Program-made: the position numbers and the translations under genes | Origin: an uncultured Clostridia bacterium | GTDB taxonomy: Bacteria > Bacillota > Clostridia > Christensenellales > UBA1242 | Assembly: GCA_930990515.1 (NCBI GenBank) | Contig: CAKNPS010000003.1 | Span: forward strand, 49,006 to 113,005 | Direction: 5' to 3' | DNA: 64,000 nt | The notes under the pieces: generated by a model | What the model was told of the DNA's origin: nothing | Database searches by the model: none | Seen by the model: only the letters and a program-made list of their open reading frames with translations | Part shown: in pieces, positions 8,693 to 18,699 of the stretch | How the letters are laid out: each line of letters begins with the position of its first letter | Position numbering within the stretch: the first letter of the stretch is position 1

Positions 8693-11600
8693 CATTTTTA
8701 GATTATATTAAAGAAAAAGACCTTTTAAGATATAAAAATATCGGGGGACTTACTATTGGCGAAAAGGCAATTTTGACAGCAAGTTTGGGGCGTGGTGTCT
8801 ATCTTTGTGGCGATTTTGTCACTGCAAGCAAGTTGAAATTTGCTCTTTCAAATTTAAATATCAAAGCGGAAATTGTTTCTTGTGGTAGGGAAGTTGAAGG
8901 ATACGACCCTAACCTTTTTTCTTTTGCTAATAACATATCCAAATTTTTAAACAAAGAACTTGATTTTTTAATTTTTTTGCCATCATCTTTAACCACAAAG
9001 TTTGATTTAAACTTTTTGACACAAGAATTTAAAATCAAGGTGGGCGAAAGTTACTCATTAGATGAACTTTTTGAAAAACTCACAAACCTTGGCTATGAAA
9101 GAGTTGATTATGTCAATATTGAAGGACAATTTGCCGTTCGTGGCGACATTTTGGACATTTTTTTGCTTGGAGAAGACAGTCCTGTTCGTATTGAGTTTTT
9201 TGATGAAGATGTGGAGAGAATAATTCAGTTTGACACGTCTTCAATGAAAACTTTGAAAGAATTAAAGATCATCAAAATTCTTCCATTAATTCTTCCGCTT
9301 GGAGATAATAATGTTACTGATATTAGTGAAAAATTTATTATTGATGAGCCGGTTAAAATTGAAAATGAATGTGAAATTTTGAAAAAGGCAAGAGCAAATC
9401 TTTCTTGGGCAAAGGAAGAGATGTTTGCCGAATTTAGTGACATCTACAAGAAGAAAAAGATTGTTTTCACAAATACAGAAATTGCAAGTTACGAAAATTC
9501 CACAATAGGTCAAAAAAGTTATTTAACCGATTTTATGGCACTCAAAAAAGACCTTGAAATGTATCGTTATCACAACTACACCACTTTTCTTTTTGTTGGT
9601 CAATTCAAAGATATGATGGTGGAATTTTTAGATACAAACAAAATTCCATACAAGATTTTTGACGGAGTGGTTCAAGAGGAAACAACTTATGTTGTTCAAG
9701 AATATTTTCCATTTTCTTTTAGTTTTTTGAAAGAAAAAATCATTGCGATTGGCACAGATGACTTATACAAGGCAAAGAAAATTGATTTTAAACGCGGAAA
9801 AGAACGTTTTTCCTATCTTCCAAAAGTGGGAGATTATGTTGTTCACTCTTTTTATGGAATTGGTGTTTGTAAAGATATTGTAAGGCTGAAACTATCTCAC
9901 TTTGAAAAAGATTATTTTGTTCTAGAGTATAAAAACGGGGCGCTTTTATATCTTCCAACCGAGCAGGCAAATTATATTTCGGCATATATTGGGGCGGAAA
10001 ACCCAAAACTCAACGCTTTAGGTTCAAGCGAATGGACAAGATTAAAGCAAAAAGTTAAGGAAAACTTGAAAGAAGTCGCCATTTCACTTGCAAAAATTTA
10101 TAAGGAAAGAGAAACAGAAAAAGGCTTTAAATTTGAGCGAGATGATGAACTTGAAAAGCAGTTTGCAGATAATTTTCCTTACGAACTTACACCTGACCAA
10201 GTGCAAGCCATAAGCGATGTTGACAAAGATATGGAAAGCGACAAAATTATGGATAGACTGATTTGTGGAGATGTCGGCTTTGGAAAGACAGAAGTTGCTT
10301 TTCGTGCTTGTTTTAAAGCGTTTTACAACTCTAAACAAGTGGCATTCCTTTGTCCAACAACAATATTAAGTGAACAGCACTATCGCTCTGCAAAAGAGAG
10401 ATTTGCTCCTTTTGGTGTCAAAGTGGAAATTTTAAACCGCTTCAAGACGGAAAAGGAAACAAAAGAAATTTTGGAAAAACTTAAAACGGGCAAAATTGAT
10501 ATTTTGATTGGAACACACAAGATTTTAGGTAAAAATGTTCAGTTTAAAGATTTAGGACTCTTAGTTTTAGACGAAGAACAGCGTTTTGGTGTTAAAGACA
10601 AGGAAAAAATCAAGGAAGCCAAGAAAAATATTGATGTTATAACTTTGTCTGCCACTCCAATTCCAAGAACACTTCACATGTCACTTTCAAATATTCGTGA
10701 TATTAGTGTGATTGCCACTCCACCAAAAGATAGACTTCCAATTCAAACTTATGTCACAGATTATAGTGATGAATTACTTCAAGATGTTTCCAAAAGAGAA
10801 TTATCGCGTGGTGGAAAAGTTCTCATTCTCTTTAATCGTGTTATGGATATTTATAATTTTGCTTCACGCGTAAAGAATTTAATTCCAAATGCCAGTGTGG
10901 GAGTTGCTCACGGACAAATGATGGAAAAAGAACTTTCTAAAGTTATTAATGACCTATATGACAACAAATACAACATTTTTATTAGCACAACTCTTATTGA
11001 AAATGGCATTGATTTGCCAAGTTTGAACACGCTTTTTGTTGTGGATAGCGATCACTTGGGCTTAAGTCAACTCTATCAAATTCGCGGAAGAATTGGGCGT
11101 GGAGATAAACTTGCTTATGCTTATCTTACTTATGACAAAGGAAAGGTTTTGACAGAAGATGCCTATAAGCGTCTTGAAGCCATCACTGAATTTAGAGAAC
11201 TTGGAAGCGGTTTTAAGATTGCTATGCGTGACCTTGAAATTCGTGGTGCAGGAAACATTTTAGGAAAAGAACAACACGGACACATGGAAAAAGTTGGCTA
11301 TGACCTTTATATAAAACTACTTGATGAAGTGACGCGTGGCCTTAAAGATGGGAATTTGGAAAGTGCCAAAGAAATCAAAGTGGAACTTCCTCTTGATGCG
11401 TATATAAGCGAAGATTACATTGCTTCGCAAGACGAGAGAATTATTTTCTATGATAAGATAAGTCAAATTTCCACAGTAAAAGAGAGAGATAAGGTTTTGG
11501 AAGAAATGAAACTTACAAATGGCGATGTTCCAAAAGAAACGGTAAATCTTGCCAATATTGCTCTTTTAAAGAATTTGGCGGTTAATTTTAATGTTAAACT

Positions 11601-11814
11601 TATTAAAATTACATCTAAAGAATGTCTTGTATATTTCTATAAAAGCAAGGAAATTATTGATAAAAGATTGTCGAAAATGAATGAATTTTATAATTTCAGT
11701 TTAAAATTTGCTGACTTGCCTATTCTAAAACTGAACATTGAAGATAGTGTTGAAAACAAGATGAAAACTTTGCAAAAAATGTTTATAAAAGCCCTTGATA
11801 CAAAAAAAGATTGA
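8689..11814 (+). CDS. mfd: transcription-repair coupling factor
   Basis: ATGA overlap with pth. Helicase motifs GDVGFGKTEVA, LVLDEEQRFGV, SATPIPRTL, RGRIGRG and LGKEQHGH. 1041 aa. Confidence 0.9.
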   Translation: MTFLDYIKEKDLLRYKNIGGLTIGEKAILTASLGRGVYLCGDFVTASKLKFALSNLNIKAEIVSCGREVEGYDPNLFSFANNISKFLNKELDFLIFLPSSLTTKFDLNFLTQEFKIKVGESYSLDELFEKLTNLGYERVDYVNIEGQFAVRGDILDIFLLGEDSPVRIEFFDEDVERIIQFDTSSMKTLKELKIIKILPLILPLGDNNVTDISEKFIIDEPVKIENECEILKKARANLSWAKEEMFAEFSDIYKKKKIVFTNTEIASYENSTIGQKSYLTDFMALKKDLEMYRYHNYTTFLFVGQFKDMMVEFLDTNKIPYKIFDGVVQEETTYVVQEYFPFSFSFLKEKIIAIGTDDLYKAKKIDFKRGKERFSYLPKVGDYVVHSFYGIGVCKDIVRLKLSHFEKDYFVLEYKNGALLYLPTEQANYISAYIGAENPKLNALGSSEWTRLKQKVKENLKEVAISLAKIYKERETEKGFKFERDDELEKQFADNFPYELTPDQVQAISDVDKDMESDKIMDRLICGDVGFGKTEVAFRACFKAFYNSKQVAFLCPTTILSEQHYRSAKERFAPFGVKVEILNRFKTEKETKEILEKLKTGKIDILIGTHKILGKNVQFKDLGLLVLDEEQRFGVKDKEKIKEAKKNIDVITLSATPIPRTLHMSLSNIRDISVIATPPKDRLPIQTYVTDYSDELLQDVSKRELSRGGKVLILFNRVMDIYNFASRVKNLIPNASVGVAHGQMMEKELSKVINDLYDNKYNIFISTTLIENGIDLPSLNTLFVVDSDHLGLSQLYQIRGRIGRGDKLAYAYLTYDKGKVLTEDAYKRLEAITEFRELGSGFKIAMRDLEIRGAGNILGKEQHGHMEKVGYDLYIKLLDEVTRGLKDGNLESAKEIKVELPLDAYISEDYIASQDERIIFYDKISQISTVKERDKVLEEMKLTNGDVPKETVNLANIALLKNLAVNFNVKLIKITSKECLVYFYKSKEIIDKRLSKMNEFYNFSLKFADLPILKLNIEDSVENKMKTLQKMFIKALDTKKD

Positions 11815-11831
11815 AAATCTCGTAAATTTAC

Positions 11832-11860
11832 TTGAAATTTGTTTCCATTTAATATATAAT
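11832..11860 (+). promoter_or_regulatory. sigma-A type promoter TTGAAA-17-TATAAT
   Basis: TTGAAA 11832-11837 and TATAAT 11855-11860, upstream of the lipoprotein gene at 11892. Confidence 0.5.
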
Positions 11861-11891
11861 AAACTAGTTAGTTATTTTACGCGGAGATATT

Positions 11892-13841
11892 ATGAAGAAA
11901 AAAATTTTTTCCTTAGTGTTATGTTTAGTTATGTGCACTGCAGTCTTGACGGGCTGTAATTTATTCGGTAGAGATCTTGAAACTTATTATAACGCTGTTG
12001 TCGCAAGAATTAATTATAGTTATGAACTTAATGGACAAACAATTACGGAAAGTGAAGATATCACAAAAAGAGAATTAATTAATGCCTACAATTCTTATGG
12101 TTACAATTATGTTAATAACTATGGTTATAGTCAGCATGAAGCTGTTGAAGAAACACTCGACACCATCATTAACCGTAAACTTATGATTAAAGATGTCGAA
12201 TCTACTTACAAAAGAGAAAACAAAGAACTTTTCAATGACAGCGAAACAACTTATTTATGGGAAAGCACCTATGATGCATTTTATAGCAATCTTAGACAAT
12301 ACTACAATGAAATCTTAGGTATTGAAGACGAAGAAGACGCTTCTCAAGAAGAAACATCTGGTGTTTACGAAAGATATAAACCAAACGCCACATATTACAC
12401 ATACATCGACGATAATGGGGTTTTAAGATATGGCGTAAAGAGAATAAATGAAGTTTCAACAATTAGTGGAGGCGGTAAAGTTTTATATCTTGATAGTGTT
12501 CCTTATAACTATGAATATCAAGATGCTGAAGGGAAATATGTTTTCAAAGAATTAATTTATGAAACAATCAACTCTTACACATCAAACACACAATGGAGAA
12601 GTGCTTTAAATAGATATATTGGTGTTGTTCGCGACAACTATAGTTATGTTGACTTTGCAAATGACGAAGAAGTTTTCTATTTTGAACTTGACAGAATTTA
12701 TGACATTGTTAGAGATAACTATGTTGTAGACAAATATGAAGAACTCTATAATCGTAGAGCAGAACATGGTTCCACACTTACAGGCGTAAGAGTTCAAAAT
12801 ATGATTGATTACTATGAAGGAGAAGTTCTTTCAGATTATTACACTTATAGAAACAATCCATCAACTTTTGAAACAGATGTTCTTTCAACATCAACAAATG
12901 TAAATTATGTTTACACTGGCGAAAATGCTTCAAATTATTTCTATGTTGGCGTAATTAAACTTGGTTTCAAAGAAGGTCAAAGAACTCCAACTGATTTGGA
13001 AACTGATATAAACAATGGAAAGATTGATGAAAGCGAAGAACAATCACAATTAAATGCAATTTATAATGCAGTTTATGCAGACATTAAGAATGATACAACA
13101 GGTCAAAGCACAGGCGACAGAATTTATGCTCAAGACCTACTTGATGAGATTAACGACTTAATGGATAATGAAGAATTCAAATATCTTGATTACAATGTCG
13201 TTATTAATAATAGCGGTCGAGTTGATGAAATTTTAGCAGATGAAGGTTATGCAAGAGAAGAATTAGATGAAAACCAAATCAATCAAATTGTTAAGGATTA
13301 TGTAGATGCTAGAAATCAATTGGTCGAATATGCTCGTGCTGATGCTTTCATCAAATACTATTACTACTATAATGATGATACAACTTATCAAAACTCTGAT
13401 AAAACTTCCGTTTTTGGAATTTCTTCAACAGGCGATGTTGTTTATAATGACACATTTAGTTCTGCACAAAATGACGATTTTGACGCAGCATTAAAGGCTT
13501 TATATAACAACGGAGAAGGTCAAGTTGGCGATACATCAGGTCTTATTAGAGCAAATGATGGAATTTACATTCTTTTCTATGCTGGCGAAGTTGAAAGTTT
13601 GTTCCCAAATGTTACAAGCAATTTCTCATTGACATTTTCTGACATTGAAAAACTTGCATCAACAAGAGTTAATATCTTTAATAACAAAACTTATTTTGAT
13701 TTAGTTTATGATGCAATCTATGAAGATAATAATTACAGCAATTTTGAAGAAGAAAATCTTAACTATTTAAAACAAACATTGACAACTGGCGATGATAACG
13801 GAATTGTAAAATATCCAGATAGTTATAGCGATTTATTTTAA
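11892..13841 (+). CDS. lipoprotein, PrsA/SurA-N-terminal-domain-like foldase candidate
   Basis: Lipobox LTGC (MKKKIFSLVLCLVMCTAVLTGC). ITKRELINAY...TLDTIINRKLMIKD resembles a SurA-N-like chaperone domain. Occupies the slot after mfd where Clostridia carry a PrsA-like gene. No clear parvulin motif. Confidence 0.45.
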   Translation: MKKKIFSLVLCLVMCTAVLTGCNLFGRDLETYYNAVVARINYSYELNGQTITESEDITKRELINAYNSYGYNYVNNYGYSQHEAVEETLDTIINRKLMIKDVESTYKRENKELFNDSETTYLWESTYDAFYSNLRQYYNEILGIEDEEDASQEETSGVYERYKPNATYYTYIDDNGVLRYGVKRINEVSTISGGGKVLYLDSVPYNYEYQDAEGKYVFKELIYETINSYTSNTQWRSALNRYIGVVRDNYSYVDFANDEEVFYFELDRIYDIVRDNYVVDKYEELYNRRAEHGSTLTGVRVQNMIDYYEGEVLSDYYTYRNNPSTFETDVLSTSTNVNYVYTGENASNYFYVGVIKLGFKEGQRTPTDLETDINNGKIDESEEQSQLNAIYNAVYADIKNDTTGQSTGDRIYAQDLLDEINDLMDNEEFKYLDYNVVINNSGRVDEILADEGYAREELDENQINQIVKDYVDARNQLVEYARADAFIKYYYYYNDDTTYQNSDKTSVFGISSTGDVVYNDTFSSAQNDDFDAALKALYNNGEGQVGDTSGLIRANDGIYILFYAGEVESLFPNVTSNFSLTFSDIEKLASTRVNIFNNKTYFDLVYDAIYEDNNYSNFEEENLNYLKQTLTTGDDNGIVKYPDSYSDLF

Positions 13842-13953
13842 AAGATAGTTATAATTTAAAGTATTAAAATTAAAAAAAGAAGAAACCTAAATTTATAGTT
13901 TTGTTCGCACTATAATTTGACAAAGGTTTCTTTTTTTGATAATATATATTTAT

Positions 13954-15387
13954 ATGGAAAAATTTGAGGCGGAAAGGGAAATAAAAAAAGAGGAAGATGT
14001 TTCTTTAAGTTCACAAATGGAAAAACAGCAAGATGTTACTTCTGAAAATGTCGAAACTGAAGTTCAAAGCGAAAACTTAAAGAAAGGTCTTTTTTCACGC
14101 CTTAAAGAAAAAAGAAAGAAAAAAAAGGAAGAAAGTTTAAAAGAAGTTGAAGAAGAACTAGCAAATGAAGATAAAGAAAAAGTAAATGAAAAACTTGATG
14201 AAGTAGAGGCAAAAGCCAACAAGAAAAATTCTAAAAAACAAAAAATTATCAGCATTTTACTTTTGATATTTAATATTGCACTTGTTATTGCGCTTCTTTT
14301 ATGGAATATTTTAGGTGATGGAGAATTTACACCGCTCAGGTCTTTAACAATTTATCCTTTACCTTTCATGATTTATTTGCTCCTTATTGCATTAACAATT
14401 TTGTGTGATGTTGTGGGTGCATGGCGAATGATTTACAAAAAAACTAGGCGTTCTCGTTGGCCTTTAGCATTCAAATCTATGGCGACTCTTCGTTACTATG
14501 ATTCTGTCATTCCTTTGTCTGGCGGGGAAGCAATGGCTGTGCAATATCTTAGGTCAAGAGATGTGCCGGGTTCAACCGCTTTATCTATTCCAGTTGCCAA
14601 ATTTATTTTTCAACAATTTACTTGGATAATAATTTCATTATTCTGTATTATTTTCTCTCAATTTACTTCTGATTTCTACAACTATGTAACTTATACTGGT
14701 ATAATTGGTTTTGTTCTTGCAGCAGGCTCATTGTTTGTTATTATGTTCCTTTCTCTTTCAAAAGGGATTGGGAAAAAGGTTGTTTCATGGGTTTTAAAAC
14801 TCTTATGCAAAATGAAAATTTTGAAAAATTATGATAAACAATATGAAAAAGTTTGGAAATTTGTTGAAGATTATCAAAACATTATGAGAGAATATAGTAA
14901 ATCTGGCTGGGATGTTCTACTTCAACTTTTCCTACATGCTGCTAGATACATCATAACCTATTCAATGCCGTTTTTTGTTTATTGCATATTTATGGGATTT
15001 CCGACAACTGGTGCTGCAGATTTATATGGTGTGTTCTTTATTTCATCTTCACTTATTGAATTGTCATCAAGTTTTATTCCACTTCCTGGTGGTTCGGGTA
15101 TGAACGAAATTTCCTTCTCAGTTATTTTTAGTCAATTCTTGGAAGGGCAAACTTTTTGGGCATTACTTTTATGGCGTTTTGCCACATATTACGTGTTACT
15201 TCTTCAAGGACTTGCAGTTATTGCCTATGACACAATTTATGGAAATAGAAAATATGAATGGATAAAAAAGAAAATGGAACTCCAAGAAGAAAGTCAAATT
15301 TTCAAGAAAACGCAAATTGACAACTTCAGGGCGGAACGAGATAAAAGACGTAAAAAAGAAAAATCTAAAAAATTAGTGAATAAATAA
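13954..15387 (+). CDS. UPF0104/LPG-synthase-TM family (flippase-like) membrane protein with charged N-terminal tail
   Basis: Multi-TM protein. Two P(L)(S/P)GG motifs (VIPLSGGEAMAVQYL and FIPLPGGSGMNEISF) typical of the TIGR00374 family. ATG 13954 preferred. Confidence 0.55.
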   Translation: MEKFEAEREIKKEEDVSLSSQMEKQQDVTSENVETEVQSENLKKGLFSRLKEKRKKKKEESLKEVEEELANEDKEKVNEKLDEVEAKANKKNSKKQKIISILLLIFNIALVIALLLWNILGDGEFTPLRSLTIYPLPFMIYLLLIALTILCDVVGAWRMIYKKTRRSRWPLAFKSMATLRYYDSVIPLSGGEAMAVQYLRSRDVPGSTALSIPVAKFIFQQFTWIIISLFCIIFSQFTSDFYNYVTYTGIIGFVLAAGSLFVIMFLSLSKGIGKKVVSWVLKLLCKMKILKNYDKQYEKVWKFVEDYQNIMREYSKSGWDVLLQLFLHAARYIITYSMPFFVYCIFMGFPTTGAADLYGVFFISSSLIELSSSFIPLPGGSGMNEISFSVIFSQFLEGQTFWALLLWRFATYYVLLLQGLAVIAYDTIYGNRKYEWIKKKMELQEESQIFKKTQIDNFRAERDKRRKKEKSKKLVNK

Positions 15388-15411
15388 AACTTATAAAAAC
15401 AAACTAAGGAT

Positions 15412-15957
15412 ATGAGAAAATCAACATATCCTTGGCTTTTTTCTATTATAGTTTTAGTGGTTTTGCTTATAATTACCTTTATTTTAGGTTATACTGGCTA
15501 TTTTTTTTCATTGTCATATTTAAAATCTAACACCGATTTAAATTTAGGAGAGAGTGTACTAATAAATCTAGAGCCTAACGAAACAAGTGTTTCATCTTTT
15601 ACTTTTGATGGTTCAATAATGCCCGGTGAAAAACTTAATCAAGTAATTCAAATTAAGGGAAGTGATTTAGAGAAAGATTTGCGAGTTCGCGTCAAAGCGG
15701 AAGTATTTTTTGCTGATAAAGTAATAGATTTTGATTTTGTTACAACAGACGATTTTGTTAAAGGGAATGATGGATATTTTTATTTAAACGGAGAACTTGC
15801 ATCTGGCAATAAAGTTACTTTTTCAAATTTCATTGTTGTGCCTGACGAAGCAATTTTTGAGAGTAGCAAAAAGTATATTTTGTCAATTATTGTTGAAAAT
15901 TTAGATGCAACACTTGATGTAGATAATATTTGGCAATTTCAAGAAGAAAATGTTTAA
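15412..15957 (+). CDS. hypothetical exported protein, weakly TasA/camelysin-like
   Basis: N-terminal TM followed by GYTGYFFS...NLGESV and MPGEKLNQVIQIKGS. This is loosely like SipW-type signal peptides and peptidase M73-fold proteins. The assignment is weak. Confidence 0.3.
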   Translation: MRKSTYPWLFSIIVLVVLLIITFILGYTGYFFSLSYLKSNTDLNLGESVLINLEPNETSVSSFTFDGSIMPGEKLNQVIQIKGSDLEKDLRVRVKAEVFFADKVIDFDFVTTDDFVKGNDGYFYLNGELASGNKVTFSNFIVVPDEAIFESSKKYILSIIVENLDATLDVDNIWQFQEENV

Positions 15958-16010
15958 TTTTATTGGACATTTTTTTTATTATAGTTTAAAATAAAATAAA
16001 GAGGTTTTAA

Positions 16011-16322
16011 ATGGAAGAAGAAAAGAAAGTTTTGCCAACTCCACCAAAGGAGTTAAATCAAAATCGTCCTGTCCCACCAAGACCACCTGTAATTCCAAAT
16101 AAGGAACAGAATGCGTCTACAACTGCTGGAAATGTTTCTGCGGAACAAAATTCTGCACCATCGGATAGTCAAGAAGTTTCTCAAAGTGAGATTGATAAGT
16201 CAAAGGGAAAGGGAAAAACTAAAAAGGAGAAGTTTTGGAACCGTAAACCTGTTTTGTGGTCAGGTATTGTTTTAGGCGTGGCACTTGTTGGGCTTATCGT
16301 GTTCTTTATTGTTGCTTTTTAA
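16011..16322 (+). CDS. hypothetical tail-anchored protein with Pro-rich N-terminus
   Basis: 103-aa ORF. PTPPKELNQNRPVPPRPPVIP N-terminus and C-terminal TM LWSGIVLGVALVGLIVFFIVAF. Confidence 0.4.
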   Translation: MEEEKKVLPTPPKELNQNRPVPPRPPVIPNKEQNASTTAGNVSAEQNSAPSDSQEVSQSEIDKSKGKGKTKKEKFWNRKPVLWSGIVLGVALVGLIVFFIVAF

Positions 16323-16408
16323 AATAAAAAGTTTATAGATTTTACATTTTTCATAAAAATTCAACAAGAATATTTGTTGAATTTTTTTATTTTGTCAAAA
16401 ATTATCTT

Positions 16409-16858
16409 ATGAAAAAGTTGATAGTATTTTTATTAATAATAGTTTTTATCTCCATAACATCTTTTGCTAAAAACTCACAAAATCCACTTTTTTATTTTGA
16501 TGATGTTAATAGGGTTTGTTTAGTGGTTGATGCTGGTTCGTTAGATGGTGAAGTTATAAATTGTGGAAATAAAGATTTTGTTTATTGTTCAAAAGAAGAT
16601 GCATTAGAAAAAATAAACAATAGCAAAATCTATGCTAAACAATTTTATTTTGATGATGTTAATTTGAAAGAAATATTGTCAGTCCTAAATGCAGATATTG
16701 TTTCAACACAAGAGTTTGAAGATTTAAAAATTTATTATTGCTATACTCCCTATGAACAAGATTGTGTTTATATAGAAAATAAAAAAGTTAATTTGCAGAT
16801 TGTTTTTAAAAGCAATGAGATTGTTGCTGGGCTTCCGTTAATTTTGACTGGTTATTAA
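16409..16858 (+). CDS. hypothetical secreted protein
   Basis: 149-aa ORF with signal-like MKKLIVFLLIIVFISITSFA. No family recognised. Confidence 0.4.
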   Translation: MKKLIVFLLIIVFISITSFAKNSQNPLFYFDDVNRVCLVVDAGSLDGEVINCGNKDFVYCSKEDALEKINNSKIYAKQFYFDDVNLKEILSVLNADIVSTQEFEDLKIYYCYTPYEQDCVYIENKKVNLQIVFKSNEIVAGLPLILTGY

Positions 16859-17009
16859 AATTTAATTCAAAATAAAATCAAATAGACAACTAAAAATAGT
16901 TAAAAATAATTAAAAATAGTTATAAAAATGCGAAAATTTTGGCAAAAAAATCAAAAATTTATGTATAAACACTTTAAAAAGCGTTAATAAAAGGGGTATG
17001 GAGGAAGAT

Positions 17010-17564
17010 ATGGAATTAAGTAAACAAAACAAAATTAAAAACTTTTTCAAAAGATATGGCGTTATGATTATCGCAGGTGTTTTTGTTGTGGCAATTGCTC
17101 TTACTGTTGGTTTAACCTTGCCAGCATCACAACAAGTGTCAACAACAAGTCTTGATTTTACTGCACCAATGCTTAATGCTGAAATTACTAAAGATTTTTC
17201 TGATACTGATTTACAGTATAATGAAAATTTAAATAGATGGGAAATTCATCTTGGAATTGACTTTGCTGGCGAAAACAATGCGGTTTTTTCTGTTCTTGAC
17301 GGAACAGTTTTAAGTGTGACGAACAACTCTCTTGAAGGCTATGTTGTGGAAATTGAACACGCAGATGGTTTTACAAGTGTTTATTCTTCACTTGGTGAAA
17401 ATGTTTTAGTTAAAGAAGGTGATACCGTTGAAGGTGGACAACAAATCGGCGAGGCATCTAACACTGCAACAAGTGAATTTACTGACTCTCAACTTCATTT
17501 TTGTCTTTTAAAAGACGGTGTGGAAGTTGACCCAAATCTCTATATTGATTTACAAAATAAATAA
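17010..17564 (+). CDS. membrane-anchored M23 (LytM) peptidase domain protein, SpoIIQ-like
   Basis: GGAGG 17000-17004 then ATG 17010 (alternative ATG at 16998). N-terminal TM. HLGIDF (HxxxD), GYVVEIEHADGF and QLHF motifs. Located next to spoIIID as spoIIQ is in Bacilli and Clostridia. Confidence 0.65.
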   Translation: MELSKQNKIKNFFKRYGVMIIAGVFVVAIALTVGLTLPASQQVSTTSLDFTAPMLNAEITKDFSDTDLQYNENLNRWEIHLGIDFAGENNAVFSVLDGTVLSVTNNSLEGYVVEIEHADGFTSVYSSLGENVLVKEGDTVEGGQQIGEASNTATSEFTDSQLHFCLLKDGVEVDPNLYIDLQNK

Positions 17565-17585
17565 CAGGCTTGCCTGTTTTTATTT
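17563..17585 (+). terminator. intrinsic terminator
   Basis: ACAGG-cttg-CCTGT hairpin followed by a T-run. Confidence 0.6.
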
Positions 17586-17803
17586 TACATAAAAGATGAT
17601 TTTTGACAAATTTATAAAAAATTTTGATAAAAAAAACTAAAAATCAAAAAAATTTTTGTATTTTTTCAGTTTTTATTGAAATTTTATTTAAAAATAAGAG
17701 ATTTATATAATTAAAAAATTTTAAAGAAATTTTTGTTTTTGCTTGAAATAGTTTGCTTTTTCTTTCGCTTATATGTTATTATATATGCGTATGGAGGGCA
17801 AAG

Positions 17804-18031
17804 ATGATTGAAAAAATTAAACAAGTTTTAGCAGAACAACTTGGAATTGATGCTAGCACAATTAAAGACGATGCAAACATTCTTGAAGATTTAGGAGCAG
17901 ATTCTCTTGACATAATTGAAATGCTTATGACACTTGAAGATGAATATGGAATTACAATTCCTGATGATAAAATTAATCAAGTTAAAACAGTTTCTGAAAT
18001 TGCTGAACTTATTGAAGAATGCAGAAAATAA
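17804..18031 (+). CDS. acpP: acyl carrier protein
   Basis: GGAGGG SD then ATG 17804. LGADSLDIIEMLMTLEDEYG carries the phosphopantetheine Ser motif. 75 aa. Confidence 0.85.
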   Translation: MIEKIKQVLAEQLGIDASTIKDDANILEDLGADSLDIIEMLMTLEDEYGITIPDDKINQVKTVSEIAELIEECRK

Positions 18032-18069
18032 GTTTGAAGTTTTGATAATCTAAAATTTGACAATGTTTG

Positions 18070-18098
18070 TCATATTTCGACATATCCTCACATAAGGT
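18070..18098 (+). promoter_or_regulatory. possible mother-cell sigma-E/K type promoter for spoIIID
   Basis: tcATAtt (18070-18076), 16 nt, CATAaggT (18091-18098), compared with the Bacillus ATA-N16-18-CATACAnT pattern. The TGACAatgttTGTCA palindrome (18058-18072) overlaps it. Confidence 0.3.
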
Positions 18099-18118
18099 TA
18101 CTTATGGAGGATTTTTTT

Positions 18119-18376
18119 ATGAAAGCATACATTGAAAAAAGAACTCTGTTAGTAGCAAACCATATTTTAGATACTCATGAAACTATTAGAAAAACCGCTG
18201 AAATTTTTAATCTTTCTAAAAGTACTGTTCACTATGATTTGGCATATAGATTAAAAAGTATTGACAAAAGTTTGTATGATGATGTAAAAAAAATTTTAGA
18301 TATAAACTTTTCAGAAAAACATATTCGAGGAGGAGAATCAACAAGGAAAAAATATATTGAAGAAAAAATAAATTAA
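18119..18376 (+). CDS. spoIIID: sporulation transcriptional regulator SpoIIID
   Basis: 85 aa. MKAYIEKRTLLVANHILDTHETIRKTAEIFNLSKSTVHYDL...HIRGGESTRKKY matches the SpoIIID HTH and basic tail. GGAGG SD precedes ATG 18119. Confidence 0.85.
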   Translation: MKAYIEKRTLLVANHILDTHETIRKTAEIFNLSKSTVHYDLAYRLKSIDKSLYDDVKKILDINFSEKHIRGGESTRKKYIEEKIN

Positions 18377-18426
18377 ATAAAAAAGTTTATTTAATAAAAA
18401 AATTAAAAAAATAATTAAATTTTTGC

Positions 18427-18465
18427 AAAAAAAAGCCTAAAAAATTGATTTTTTTGGCTTTTTTC
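18427..18465 (+). terminator. intrinsic terminator after spoIIID
   Basis: AAAAGCC ... GGCTTTT stem with a T-run. Confidence 0.5.
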
Positions 18466-18597
18466 ATTAATTTTATTGTTAGAAACTATGATATTTTCAT
18501 TTTTTTGCTTTTTTAAATTTTGTTTTTTTAATTAAAAATTAAGAAAAATTGCTAAAAATATTTATTTATTATTTTATTTAATTTTATTTCAATTAAT

Positions 18598-18627
18598 TTG
18601 ACTTTGGTGCCATTTATATTTTATAAT
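18598..18627 (+). promoter_or_regulatory. sigma-A type promoter TTGACT-18-TATAAT for the giant gene
   Basis: TTGACT 18598-18603 and TATAAT 18622-18627, about 70 nt upstream of ATG 18700 in a 320-nt AT-rich intergenic region. Confidence 0.5.
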
Positions 18628-18699
18628 TTAAATATATAATATTTCTACAAACTTGGTTAAATTTATTTGCTTTTGCAAATATTACTTAAGGAGGCATTA

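Noticed and set aside
18667-18699. TTG start at 18667 for the giant ORF, as in the ORF track
   Set aside because: AAGGAGG at 18688-18694 is correctly spaced for ATG 18700. The signal peptide begins at MKKIAF, and the upstream 11 codons have no support.
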